Source of the DNA: Macrostomum lignano
Lineage: Eukaryota
Direction of reading: 5' to 3'
Length of the DNA: 32,443 bases
NCBI GenBank assembly: GCA_002269645.1
Contig: NIVC01004883.1
Span: forward strand, 1 to 32,443
Below are positions 1 to 10,021 of the stretch, in pieces (within the stretch, counting starts at the first letter, position 1; every line of letters begins with the position of its first letter). The position numbers and the translations under genes were made by a program. The notes under the pieces were generated by a model. The model was given only the letters and a program-made list of their open reading frames with translations, ran no database searches and was not told the DNA's origin.

Positions 1-170
1 CTCCCTCTCTTTTCCTGCCTCCCCCTTTTCCCCGCTTCCCCCCTCATTTCTCCGCCTCTCCTCTCTTTCCGCTCTCATTCTTCTCTTCCCGCCCCTCTTT
101 CCCCGCCTCCCCCTCTTTCCCGCCTCCCCCTCTTTCCCGCCTCCCCTTTTCCCTGCCTCCCCTCTCGTCC
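1..170. repeat. Pyrimidine-rich low-complexity / degenerate tandem repeat (CCCCTCTTTCCCGCCT-like)
   Basis: Almost purely C/T, with recurring CCCCTCTTTCCC(C)GCCT; probably continues 5' of the window. Confidence 0.8.
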
Positions 171-704
171 CTTAGGAAAGTTATCATTAACTAAGCGTAG
201 TTAGCTCAGTTTATACATAGTAATAACTAGTAGTTTAGTATATAACTATACCGTATACAGATGTAATTGAGAAGTTTTTGGTGGCACAGATCGCACTAAT
301 AGCGGGAACGCTTGGATTCAACCGCTGCATTGTGCCGTTATTCAAGCCGGTCCTACCGCAATACCAGCATTGATTGCACTGTATTGGGTAGGGGCGGGGC
401 TCCATATTGGTAGCATAGTCTAGCAAACCCTTTGGACAATTTTTCCAACATTTTTCCAATCGGGAACGGCTAGAACACGCAAGAATGCATAGGCCATACA
501 TTGTATGAACTAAGCGTTCTTTTCCTTCAGTACCTTACCCTCGCATCATCTGCATTTCGCTCTGATCTTTTTGTGTGCCTGCTTTTCTACTGCTTCTCTA
601 AGGGTTTGCGTTTTGTCGCTTGTGTTCCTTTGTGACTTTGGTAGTTTTTGAACTGGCTTTACCTCTCTGAGCTGGTTTAAATTACACCATGTCTATAGAG
701 ATTT

Positions 705-1757
705 GTCTGCCCTAGTGTCTGCCCTAGCGTCTGTCTCAGTGTCTGTCTGTCTCAGTGTCTGTGTCAGTGTCTGTGTCAGTGTCTGTCTCAGTGTCTGTTG
801 TCAGTTGTCTGTCTCAGTTGTCTTGTGTCAGTGTCTGTCTCAGTGTCTGTGTCAGTGTCTGTCTCAGTGTCTGTCTCAGTGTCTGTCTCAGTGTCTGTGT
901 CAGTGTCTGTCTCAGTGTCTGTGTCAGTGTCTGTGTCAGTGTCTGTCTCAGTGTCTGTCTCAGTGTCTGTCTCAGTGTCTGTCTCAGTGTCTGTCTCAGT
1001 GTCTGTGTCAGTGTCTGTCTCAGTGTCTGTCTCAGTGTCTGTGTCAGTGTCAGTGTCAGTGTCTGTCTCAGTGTCTGTGTCAGTGTCTTGTCAGTGTCTG
1101 TGTCAGTGTCTGTCTTCAGTGTCTGTGTCGTGTCTGTCTCAGTGTCTGTGTCAGTGTCTGTCTCAGTTGTCTGTGTCATGTGCTGTTCTCAGTGTCAGTG
1201 TCTTGTTGTCTCAGTGTCTGTGTCAGTGTCTGTCTCAGTGTCTGTGTCAGTGTCTGTCTCAGTGTCTGTGTCAGTGTTTGTCTCAGTGTCTGTTTCAGTG
1301 TCTGTGTCAGTATCTGTGTCAGTGTCTGTTTCAGTGTCTGTTTCAGTGTCTGTGTCAGTGTCTGTCTCAGTGTCTGTCAGTGTCTGTCTCAGTGTCTGTG
1401 TCAGTGTCTGTCTCAGTGTCTGTGTCAGTGTCTGTCTCAGTGTCTGTGTCAGTGTCTGTCTCAGTGTCTGTGTCAGTGTCTGTCTCAGTGTCTGTGTCAG
1501 TGTCTGTCTCAGTGTCTGTGTCAGTGTCTGTCTCAGTGTTCTGTCAGTGTCTGTCTCAGTGTCTGTGTCAGTGTCAGTCTCAGTGTCTGTGTCAGTGTCT
1601 GTCTCAGTGTCTGTGTCAGTGTCTGTCTCAGTGTCTGTGTCAGTGTCTGTCTCAGTGTCTGTGTCAGTGTCTGTCTCAGTGTCTGTCTCAGTGTCTGTGT
1701 CAGTGTCTGTCTCAGTGTCTGTTTCAGTGTCTGTCTCAGTGGCTGTCTCAGTGGCTT
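705..1757. repeat. 12-bp minisatellite (C/G)TCAGTGTCTGT, about 85 copies
   Basis: 12-nt periodicity with two alternating variants and a degenerate stretch at about 1080-1210; produces the SV/SQCL/CLSV ORFs. Confidence 0.95.
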
Positions 1758-2419
1758 GAGTGACTCAGCGCCCCCGAACTGTTCAGAGTGGATGCCAGCA
1801 GTCCATTTTAAGTTCCCAGTCAAGTCAGTAAATTTCTCGCAGAGCCAAATGGAACGGGGGCAATCACACAGAGCTGAAGTGACTGTAAAGTGGTTGCCCT
1901 GCCTCTGAGAGTGCCATGGTTAATTTCCGACATTGGGAAGAAACAACGGAGTTAAAAAGTTCCCCTGTCCAGCCTTTGGCCTCAACTGGAACTGACTGGC
2001 TGCTTGCCCGCCCAGCCGGCCTACCTCACTCCTCGTCCCTCCTCTCTAGACCTGGGAGAATGCTTGGGTGCCAATTTTTTTCAGCGAGACCTCTGTACCT
2101 CTTCTCTGTTACCTGAGTTGAGTTAGCCACTAGGTTCGCTACCCTATGACATGTCAGCCGAGAAAATAAATCAACAGTTTTGCAAGCCAATTAATGCCAA
2201 CAAACCTCGTCTTCTCGCCAATGCTCGCTCGTTGGGATTGTTGGGGGTTTCTCCCTAGGCTTTTCTCACCTTTGAGTCTTTTGTCGGCTCTTCTTTGTCG
2301 ATCGCGAATTGACTGAACAGCCAGGCGGTCACAGGCCGTTCACGGAGCTGGGGGGCTGAGCGCTTGGGAACTGACAGGATCCCAAGAGGATGGAGGTGGC
2401 GGACACGCAACAAAACAAG

Positions 2420-2458
2420 CATTGGTCCAATGGACGCTCGCTGCAGATTCCTATTGGT
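2420..2458 (+). promoter_or_regulatory. CCAAT-box cluster upstream of the SSUH2-like gene
   Basis: Palindrome CATTGG-T-CCAATG at 2420-2432 and a further ATTGG at 2454-2458, about 230-270 nt upstream of the candidate ATG. Confidence 0.3.
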
Positions 2459-2685
2459 CCTCTCCCACTGCTCCATAGCCCCTCCTCAGCCGCTATCAGG
2501 ACACAGTGTAGTATTATTAGAATGTCCCTTAGCGGACAGAGAGGAGAGGAAGAGGCGAGAGGCTCCAGAGCACAGCAGCAGCCTCAGAGCGGCACAATAG
2601 AACAGGAGCAGCCCCGGACCCGTATGAATGTCAGGCAGCCATAGCAGTTAGAAGCCATCCTCGCCTCCAAGCCAAGCCAGACCAA

Positions 2686-3361
2686 ATGAAAATTATGAGC
2701 CTAAGCCGACTGGACCAGCTGTTGCTGAAGCTCACCGAAGAGGAGGCTCGGGAGCTGATCGCCGATCACTGTTGACCAGGCAGTGCTGCTTCTCCGCCAG
2801 ATTATTGAAGACCCTGACGGTGAGTTAGCGTTGCCTCGCATGAGGCCTTTTTTACACTCTGATCAGCTGGTTCGAGCGGCACACCGTCAAGGAGCGGTTC
2901 GTGGCCTACCACGGCGGCCCGCTGGACAGCCGCTTGAACGGGCCGGAGCCGCCCCCTGGGACCTCAAACGGCCGATCCCTGCCGCGTTCACCGACGCCCA
3001 GTACAGCCTGCCGCTGCCGCACTCGGAGAAGACGCTAGGCTGTCCGCACTGCTTCGGCGTCGGCTACGTCAACTGCCGGCGCTGCCGACGGAAAGGCAAC
3101 GTGTCCTGCCTGGTCTGCCACGGTCACGGCGAGGAGCTGCCAGGTGCACCATGTGCGCCGGCAGAGGCACCGTCCGTGTGTCCGGCCTGCCGCGGCCGAA
3201 TCGGCGTCGAGTGTCCGGAATGCGCCGGCTCCGGCCGGTTGAAACGCTATCGAGTGGTTCAAGTCACGTGGGGAGTGGCCTTCGACTATGTTGTGCTGAA
3301 CGGGAGTGACCTGCCGTCCTACAGGCTTAGCGAGACCGACGGATTTGTTGTTCATCGACAG
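2686..3361 (+). CDS. SSUH2: SSUH2-family protein, exon 1 (DnaJ-like CxxCxGxG zinc-finger repeats); about 5 frameshifting indels in 2770-2955
   Basis: Reading across frames gives LTEEEARELIADHVDQQCCFS...FFYTLISWFER...YHGGPLD...PWDL...F...LPHSEKTLGCPHCFGVG..CRRCRRKG..CLVCHGHG...CPECAGSGRLKRYRVVQVTW, collinear with recalled SSUH2 motifs (AREALLSFVDSKCCYS, WDI, VPHS, repeated CxxCxGxG). Ends at donor CAG|GTGAGC. Start at 2686 or 2695 is uncertain. Confidence 0.8.
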
Positions 3362-3852
3362 GTGAGCCACTGAATTCTTCGCTGAGGACGGAGGGGGCTG
3401 AGGAGCGGAGGGCGGAAGGAGTCTAAGGAGGTGGACAGCGAAGGGCGGAAGGGGGCTGAGGACTGAGGAGCGTGGACAGCGGAGGCGGAAGGGGGCTGGA
3501 GGACTGAGGAGGTGGACAGCGAAGGCGGAAGGGGCTGAGGAGGTGGACAGCGGAGGTGGAACGGGGGCTGAGGAGGTGGACAGCGGAGGTCGGAAGGGGG
3601 CTGAGGAGGTGGACAGCGGAGGTCGGAAGGGGGCTGAGGAGGTGGACAGCGGAGGTCGGAAGGGGGCTGAGGAGGTGGACAGCGGAGGTCGGAACGGGGG
3701 CTGAGGAGGTGGACAGCGGAGGTCGGAACGGGGGCCGGGTCGAGTAAGAGCGCGAGTATGCACAATGCAGAATAAGACACACAATAGCGTGACAACAGCT
3801 TACTCTAACAACGCTACTACACGCCCCAGCTACTTCTTCCCATCAATCCTAG
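3362..3852 (+). other. 491-nt phase-0 GT-AG intron of the SSUH2-like gene
   Basis: GTGAGC donor at 3362 and TTCTTCCCATCAATCCTAG acceptor ending at 3852; splicing joins GFVVHRQ to VGPRV in frame. Confidence 0.75.
3385..3730. repeat. 33-bp G-rich intronic minisatellite CTGAGGAGGTGGACAGCGGAGGTCGGAAGGGGG
   Basis: Period 33 (e.g. 3601 and 3634); about 6 clean copies plus degenerate 5' copies. Confidence 0.9.
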
Positions 3853-4254
3853 GTCGGACCCCGAGTAGGTCTCAGCGAGGCGGCCTTCCCCCTGAGTCTG
3901 GTGATGGCCTGCGAGGTGCTGGTGAACCGGCAGCTGGCCACGGCCGGGCCGGACACGCGGGTGCTGCTGCAGAAGCACATTGTCCGGCTGATTCCGCTCA
4001 GCCAGTGCGACTACCGCTGGAGCGGCGCCGACCCGAAGCTGCGCCGGTTCTTTGTCTATGGCCGGGAGCGCCGGGTGCACCGGGAAAAAGCGCCGACTCC
4101 GCTGTGCACCCTGCGGGACGCCCTGCTAGACAGGGGCCTGCGAGCCAAGGCCGCCAAGGCCGCCGCCGTTGCCGCCCCGCCGTCGACGCAGCCGCAGCCG
4201 ACACCGGCGGCCGGGAATCCGACGCACAGCATCGCCGTCTGTTCGGTGCTCTGA
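3853..4254 (+). CDS. SSUH2: SSUH2-family protein, exon 2 (C-terminal), ending in CSVL-stop
   Basis: RVLLQKHIVRLIPLSQCDYRW...FFVYGRERRV matches the recalled SSUH2 C-terminal pattern RVLQQRQTIELIPLTEVHY...YIYGTDHQV; GC-rich codons; TGA at 4252-4254. Confidence 0.82.
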   Translation, partial: VGPRVGLSEAAFPLSLVMACEVLVNRQLATAGPDTRVLLQKHIVRLIPLSQCDYRWSGADPKLRRFFVYGRERRVHREKAPTPLCTLRDALLDRGLRAKAAKAAAVAAPPSTQPQPTPAAGNPTHSIAVCSVL

Positions 4255-4748
4255 GCGCACAAACTACTCTGTCAACTGATATAACTGCTATTGTACTACT
4301 CGTACTAATACTAATGATAAGATTCCAATTGAACCCGCACACACTATAGAATTTTTAACTATTGTCGACTGTCTTATTAGTCGTAATGATTTCCTGTAAG
4401 CTACTTGGCTAAATTTAGGCGTTACAAGTACACGGAGTCACTTTACAATAAGATTTTCATAACAGTTTTTATCCAACAATATTATATAGCGTTATAAAGA
4501 TAGATTTAAATTGTATTCGATTCCGGCAATTTTCCAATCCAAGAAGTCCTTGTTTGTATAGATGTAAATATATATTAAACAGCTGTGAATTGTAATGATA
4601 ATGTCCTCATGTTCTTCTAGCGCTAGAACTCCAGTACTGGATGCTTCAGAGTGATGCATTGTTAATTCAACTTAAATATACAATGGACTTTTAGATATAT
4701 TGTATTTTTTCATTGTTTCTGGTTGCTTTTTGCAGTTTTTTATTTTGA

Positions 4749-6146
4749 TAGGATCCCAGTTTCACTCCCAGTTTCACTACATTAGGATCCCAGTTTCACT
4801 ACATTAGGATCCCAGTTTCACTACATTAGGATCCCAGTTTCACTACATTAGGATCCCAGTTTCACTACATTAGGATCCCAGTTTCACTACATTAGGATCC
4901 CAGTTTCACTACATTAGGATCCCAGTTTCACTACATTAGGATCCCAGTTTCACTCCATTGGGATCCCAGTTTCACTACATTAGGATCCCAGTTTCACTCC
5001 ATTGGGATCCCAGTTTCACTCCATTAGGATCCCAGTTTCACTCCATTGGGATCCCAGTTTCACTTCATTAGGATCCCAGTTTCACTCCATTAGGATCCCA
5101 GTTTCAACTCATTAGGATCCCAGTTTCATTCCAATAGGATCCCATTTTTTCTCCAATGGGATCCCAGTTTCATTTCATTAGAATCCCAGTTTCAACTCAT
5201 TAGGATCCCAGTTTCATTTCATTAGGATCCCAGTTTCATTTCATTAAGATCCCAGTTTCACTCCATTGGGATCCCAGTTTCACTACATTAGGATCCCAGT
5301 TTCACTCCATTGGGATCCCAGTTTCACTACATTAGGATCCCAGTTTCACTCCATTGGGATCCCAGTTTCACTACATTAGGATCCCAGTTTCACTCCATTA
5401 GGATCCCAGTTTCACTCCATTAGGATCCCAGTTTCACTCCATTGGGATCCCAGTTTCACTTCATTAGGATCCCAGTTTCACTACATTAGGATCCCAGTTT
5501 CAACTCATTAGGATCCCAGTTTCATTCCAATAGGATCCCATTTTTTCTCCAATAGGATCCCAGTTTCATTTCATTAGAATCCCAGTTTCAACTCATTAGG
5601 ATCCCAGTTTCATTTCATTAGGATCCCAGTTTCATTTCATTAGGATCCCAGTTTCACTCCATTGGGATCCCAGTTTCACTACATTAGGATCCCAGTTTCA
5701 CTCCATTAGGATCCCAGTTTCACTCCATTGGATCCCAGTTTCACTTCATTAGGATCCCAGTTTCACTCCATTAGGATCCCAGTTTCACTCCATTAGGATC
5801 CCAGTTTCAACTCATTAGGATCCCAGTTTCATTCCAATAGGATCCCATTTTTTCTCCAATAGGATCCCAGTTTCATTTCATTAGGATCCCAGTTTCAACT
5901 CATTAGGATCCAGTTTCATTTCATTAGGATCCCAGTTTCACTCCATTGGGATCCCAGTTTCACTACATTAGGATCCCAGTTTCACTCCATTAGGACCCCA
6001 GTTTCGTTTCATTAGGATCCCAGTTTCAACTCATTAGGATCCCAGTTTCATTTCATTAGGATCCCAGTTTCACTCCAATAGGATGCTAGTTTCACTCGAT
6101 TAAGATCTGTGTCACTCCATTAATATTTCAGTTTCACTCCATTAGG
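4749..6146. repeat. 22-bp minisatellite ATTAGGATCCCAGTTTCACTAC, about 63 copies, with higher-order structure
   Basis: Period 22 (4801 and 4823); GGATCC in most units; a variant block recurs at 5101, 5497 and 5804. Confidence 0.95.
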
Positions 6147-6675
6147 TTTACTCGCAACTATTTACTATTTCGACTGTTAAGGCAAAGACAATTAGTTTAA
6201 AATGGCTAGAGAGAAACACACGCTGGGGGCCGCATTATGTTAGTAATGATGCATCATGATGAGGCAGATACCCAGCCAAGCAGATTCTGGCAAGTAAGCG
6301 TGTTCGGATTAGGAAGGCTGCTGCCACAGTGAGAGCGCCTTACATATATAGCTCGTAGTTCTAAGCTGAGTATAGTAAGACTCAGAGGATCTCAGCTGGA
6401 GATACTGCTTGCAGCTGCATACACACTGCTGCCCCCATCACTATACCCTCTCCAGTTTCATTAGATCACAAATTTGCCGCCAAATTTTCTTGGCTCCCCA
6501 GTGATCCCGCAGTGCCGCATACTCGTGAGAATGACAGAACCAATCATTAATCTAATTGCTTCGCTCACTGCGATTGGGGGGCCCAGCTTATCATTCAGTG
6601 TTTTTCATTCAGTCATACGGCCTCTCTTGATTTTTACTTTTACATCTCTTTTCTGACCTTTCCCGGTTCGTGCAT

Positions 6676-8535
6676 CTGGTGTGTTCTCCTCTCCCTGGTG
6701 TGTTCTCCTCTCCCTGGTGTGTTCTCCTCTCCCTGGTGTGTTCTCCTCTCCCTGGTGTGTTCTCCTCTCCCTGGTGTGTTCTCCTCTCCCTGGTGTGTTC
6801 TCCTCTCCCTGGTGTGTTCTCCTCTCCCTGGTGTGTTCTCCTCTCCCTGGTGTGTTCTCCTCTCCCTGGTGTGTTCTCCTCTCCCTGGTGTGTTCTCCTC
6901 TCCCTAGTGTGTTCTCCTCTCCCTGGTGTGTTCTCCTCTCCCTGGTGTGTTCTCCTCTCCCTGGTGTGTTCTCCTCTCCCTAGTGTGTTCTCCTCTCCCT
7001 GGTGTGTTCTCCTCTCCCTGGTGTGTTCTCCTCTCCCTGGTGTGTTCTCCTCTCCCTGGTGTGTTCTCCTCTCCCTGATGTGTTCTCCTCTCCCTGGTGT
7101 GTTCTCCTCTCCCTGGTGTGTTCTCCTCTCCCTGGTGTGTTCTCCTCTCCCTGGTGTGTTCTCCTCTCCCTGGTGTGTTCTCCTCTCCCTGGTGTGTTCT
7201 CCTCTCCCTGGTGTGTTCTCCTCTCCCTGGTGTGTTCTCCTCTCCCTAGTGTGTTCTCCTCTCCCTGGTGTGTTCTCCTCTCCCTGGTGTGTTCTCCTCT
7301 CCCTGGTGTGTTCTCCTCTCCCTGGTGTGTTCTCCTCTCCCTGGTGTGTTCTCCTCTCCCTGGTGTGTTCTCCTCTCCCTGGTGTGTTCTCCTCTCCCTG
7401 GTGTGTTCTCCTCTCCCTAGTGTGTTCTCCTCTCCCTAGTGTGTTCTCCTCTCCCTGGTGTGTTCTCCTCTCCCTGGTGTGTTCTCCTCTCCCTGGTGTG
7501 TTCTCCTCTCCCTGGTGTGTTCTCCTCTCCCTGGTGTGTTCTCCTCTCCCTGGTGTGTTCTCCTCTCCCTGGTGTGTTCTCCTCTCCCTGGTGTGTTCTC
7601 CTCTCCCTAGTGTGTTCTCCTCTCCCTGGTGTGTTCTCCTCTCCCTGGTGTGTTCTCCTCTCCCTGGTGTGTTCTCCTCTCCCTGGTGTGTTCTCCTCTC
7701 CCTGGTGTGTTCTCCTCTCCCTGGTGTGTTCTCCTCTCCCTGGTGTGTTCTCCTCTCCCTAGTGTGTTCTCCTCTCCCTGGTGTGTTCTCCTCTCCCTGG
7801 TGTGTTCTCCTCTCCCTGGTGTGTTCTCCTCTCCCTGGTGTGTTCTCCTCTCCCTGGTGTGTTCTCCTCTCCCTGGTGTGTTCTCCTCTCCCTGGTGTGT
7901 TCTCCTCTCCCTGGTGTGTTCTCCTCTCCCTGGTGTGTTCTCCTCTCCCTGGTGTGTTCTCCTCTCCCTGGTGTGTTCTCCTCTCCCTGGTGTGTTCTCC
8001 TCTCCCTGGTGTGTTCTCCTCTCCCTGGTGTGTTCTCCTCTCCCTGGTGTGTTCTCCTCTCCCTGGTGTGTTCTCCTCTCCCTGGTGTGTTCTCCTCTCC
8101 CTGGTGTGTTCTCCTCTCCCTGGTGTGTTCTCCTCTCCCTGGTGTGTTCTCCTCTCCCTGGTGTGTTCTCCTCTCCCTGGTGTGTTCTCCTCTCCCTGGT
8201 GTGTTCTCCTCTCCCTGGTGTGTTCTCCTCTCCCTGGTGTGTTCTCCTCTCCCTGGTGTGTTCTCCTCTCCCTGGTGTGTTCTCCTCTCCCTGGTGTGTT
8301 CTCCTCTCCCTGGTGTGTTCTCCTCTCCCTGGTGTGTTCTCCTCTCCCTGGTGTGTTCTCCTCTCCCTGGTGTGTTCTCCTCTCCCTGGTGTGTTCTCCT
8401 CTCCCTGGTGTGTTCTCCTCTCCCTGGTGTGTTCTCCTCTCCCTGGTGTGTTCTCCTCTCCCTGGTGTGTTCTCCTCTCCCTGGTGTGTTCTCCTCTCCC
8501 CGCTGTGTTCCCCTCTCTCCGCTGTGTTCCCCTCC
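6676..8535. repeat. 19-bp minisatellite CTGGTGTGTTCTCCTCTCC, about 98 copies
   Basis: Near-perfect 19-nt period; explains the 19-aa-periodic ORFs on both strands. Confidence 0.97.
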
Positions 8536-9296
8536 CCCACTGTTCCCCATTCCGCCCTTCAGTATCTATTTCTTGACCTCTCTAGCCGCGAGAGTCTGCT
8601 TATATTCCCGCCTTCTTCCAGTTTATTTTCATTGGATTTCTCCAATGAGAATCAATATTGATTAGAAAATCACAATTCCACACAGATGGACAGCTGCCAG
8701 AGAAGTCGGAGAAGGGCTGACATGCGGGTAATCTTGTTGAGAATCTGATGAGGCAAACTGGCAGCTGTCCAGGATGGGGCCGAGCAGATGCTTTGCTCAT
8801 GTGTGAGAACTTTCAGCCTACTCTCGGCTCGCGATTTTCGAGAAATCCGAGCTCCCGATGGGAGTTTCGGACTCGAACTGGCAAAGCCGGATCCCGTCAC
8901 CTGTCTTCCTCAGCCCCCGCGAATAAGCTTCTTTTTTATCCCAAGTCGTGCTGGCATCCCATTTGTGCCAGAATCTTTCCAACTCAAAGCTCCCCCACCG
9001 TAGGGATTGTGTCTATTTGGGGGACTTTCTTCCCAACTCCCTCGCAGGCGATGGAGTTGAATCCGATCCGATCCGACACCTGGGGGTGTCGCTTCATTTC
9101 TAAGCTTGAGTCGGACTTTCAGATTCATTAATATTGTTGGAGAAGATCTATCACATGGTAAATTGATGCAATAAAAATAAATGACTGATGAGCAAAACAA
9201 GATTCATAGGTAATCGGCATTCAGCTTTATCATTTTGGCGACTATACGTGACTTAAACTCTATTTCAATCACTGGTTTCCATTTCCAAATTTAGTA

Positions 9297-9478
9297 TCAT
9301 TTTCTAATTTGGTAGCATTCCCTTATTTGGAAGGATTTCCTAATTTGGTAACTTTTCCTAATTTGACAAGTATTTCCTAATTTGGTAGCATTTCCTAATT
9401 TGACATGATTTCTTAATTTGGCAAGCATTTCCTAATTTGGTAGCATTTCCTAATTTGGCATGATTTCCTAATTTGGCA
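9297..9478. repeat. Degenerate 18-19-bp tandem repeat TTTCCTAATTTGGTAGCA, about 10 copies
   Basis: Recurring TTTCCTAATTTG core with a variable tail. Confidence 0.85.
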
Positions 9479-10021
9479 CCCTGTCTTGGAATTCTGGCTC
9501 TCATTCTTAATTTGTCGCTTTGTTGGGGTTTTTGCGCGTTTTTAAATTTTGCATTTTACTTTTAAAATGCAAGGGTTACCGTATTATCATGATATATTAA
9601 AGGACGCCTGCAGGGTTACCGTAGGACCAGCTTGTCAGCCATATCGTCCATTGGGGCGTGCCGGTTGCTTCCCGCTTTCGAGCGCCACTCGAATGAGCCC
9701 GGGGATGCTGGCCCACTCCTTCATCATCTTTTCCTAAGGCGAGTTTTGCTTCGCCTCCCCAAAAATCAGCGGCTTGTTGCCGTCGCCATGCAAGAGAGCA
9801 AAATATATCATCCGGGCTACTCGAATGGCTCTTCCGTTGTCACAGCTTGCCACGGAATCGATAAAATATTGATTATAGCCGCAACCGAGAGGCTCAGATC
9901 TCAGGCTTCAGATAGTGGACTGGACATCCCACTGAGCTGTGCCGAAACTTTTTCTATCGGCTAAGATTTTTTGTGGGTTTGGTCACTGCTGCAATTGCGT
10001 TCTCGAATGCTCGATGCTACT

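Noticed and set aside
703-1908. Long SV/CLSV/SQCL/TQTLRQ ORFs
   Set aside because: They are translations of the 12-bp array in several frames and both strands; no coding evidence.
2820-2866. Apparent 47-nt GTGAGT...CAG intron in SSUH2
   Set aside because: The segment aligns residue-for-residue as coding (LTVSSVASHEAFFYTLISWFER versus the recalled SSUH2 region) once two indels are corrected; splicing it out leads into a non-homologous frame.
3035-3795. Pro/Ser-rich minus-strand ORFs
   Set aside because: Antisense translation of the intronic 33-bp repeat.
6609-8665. 643/663-aa and related ORFs
   Set aside because: Products of a 19-bp unit cycling through frames; present on both strands and broken by recurrent TAG variants.
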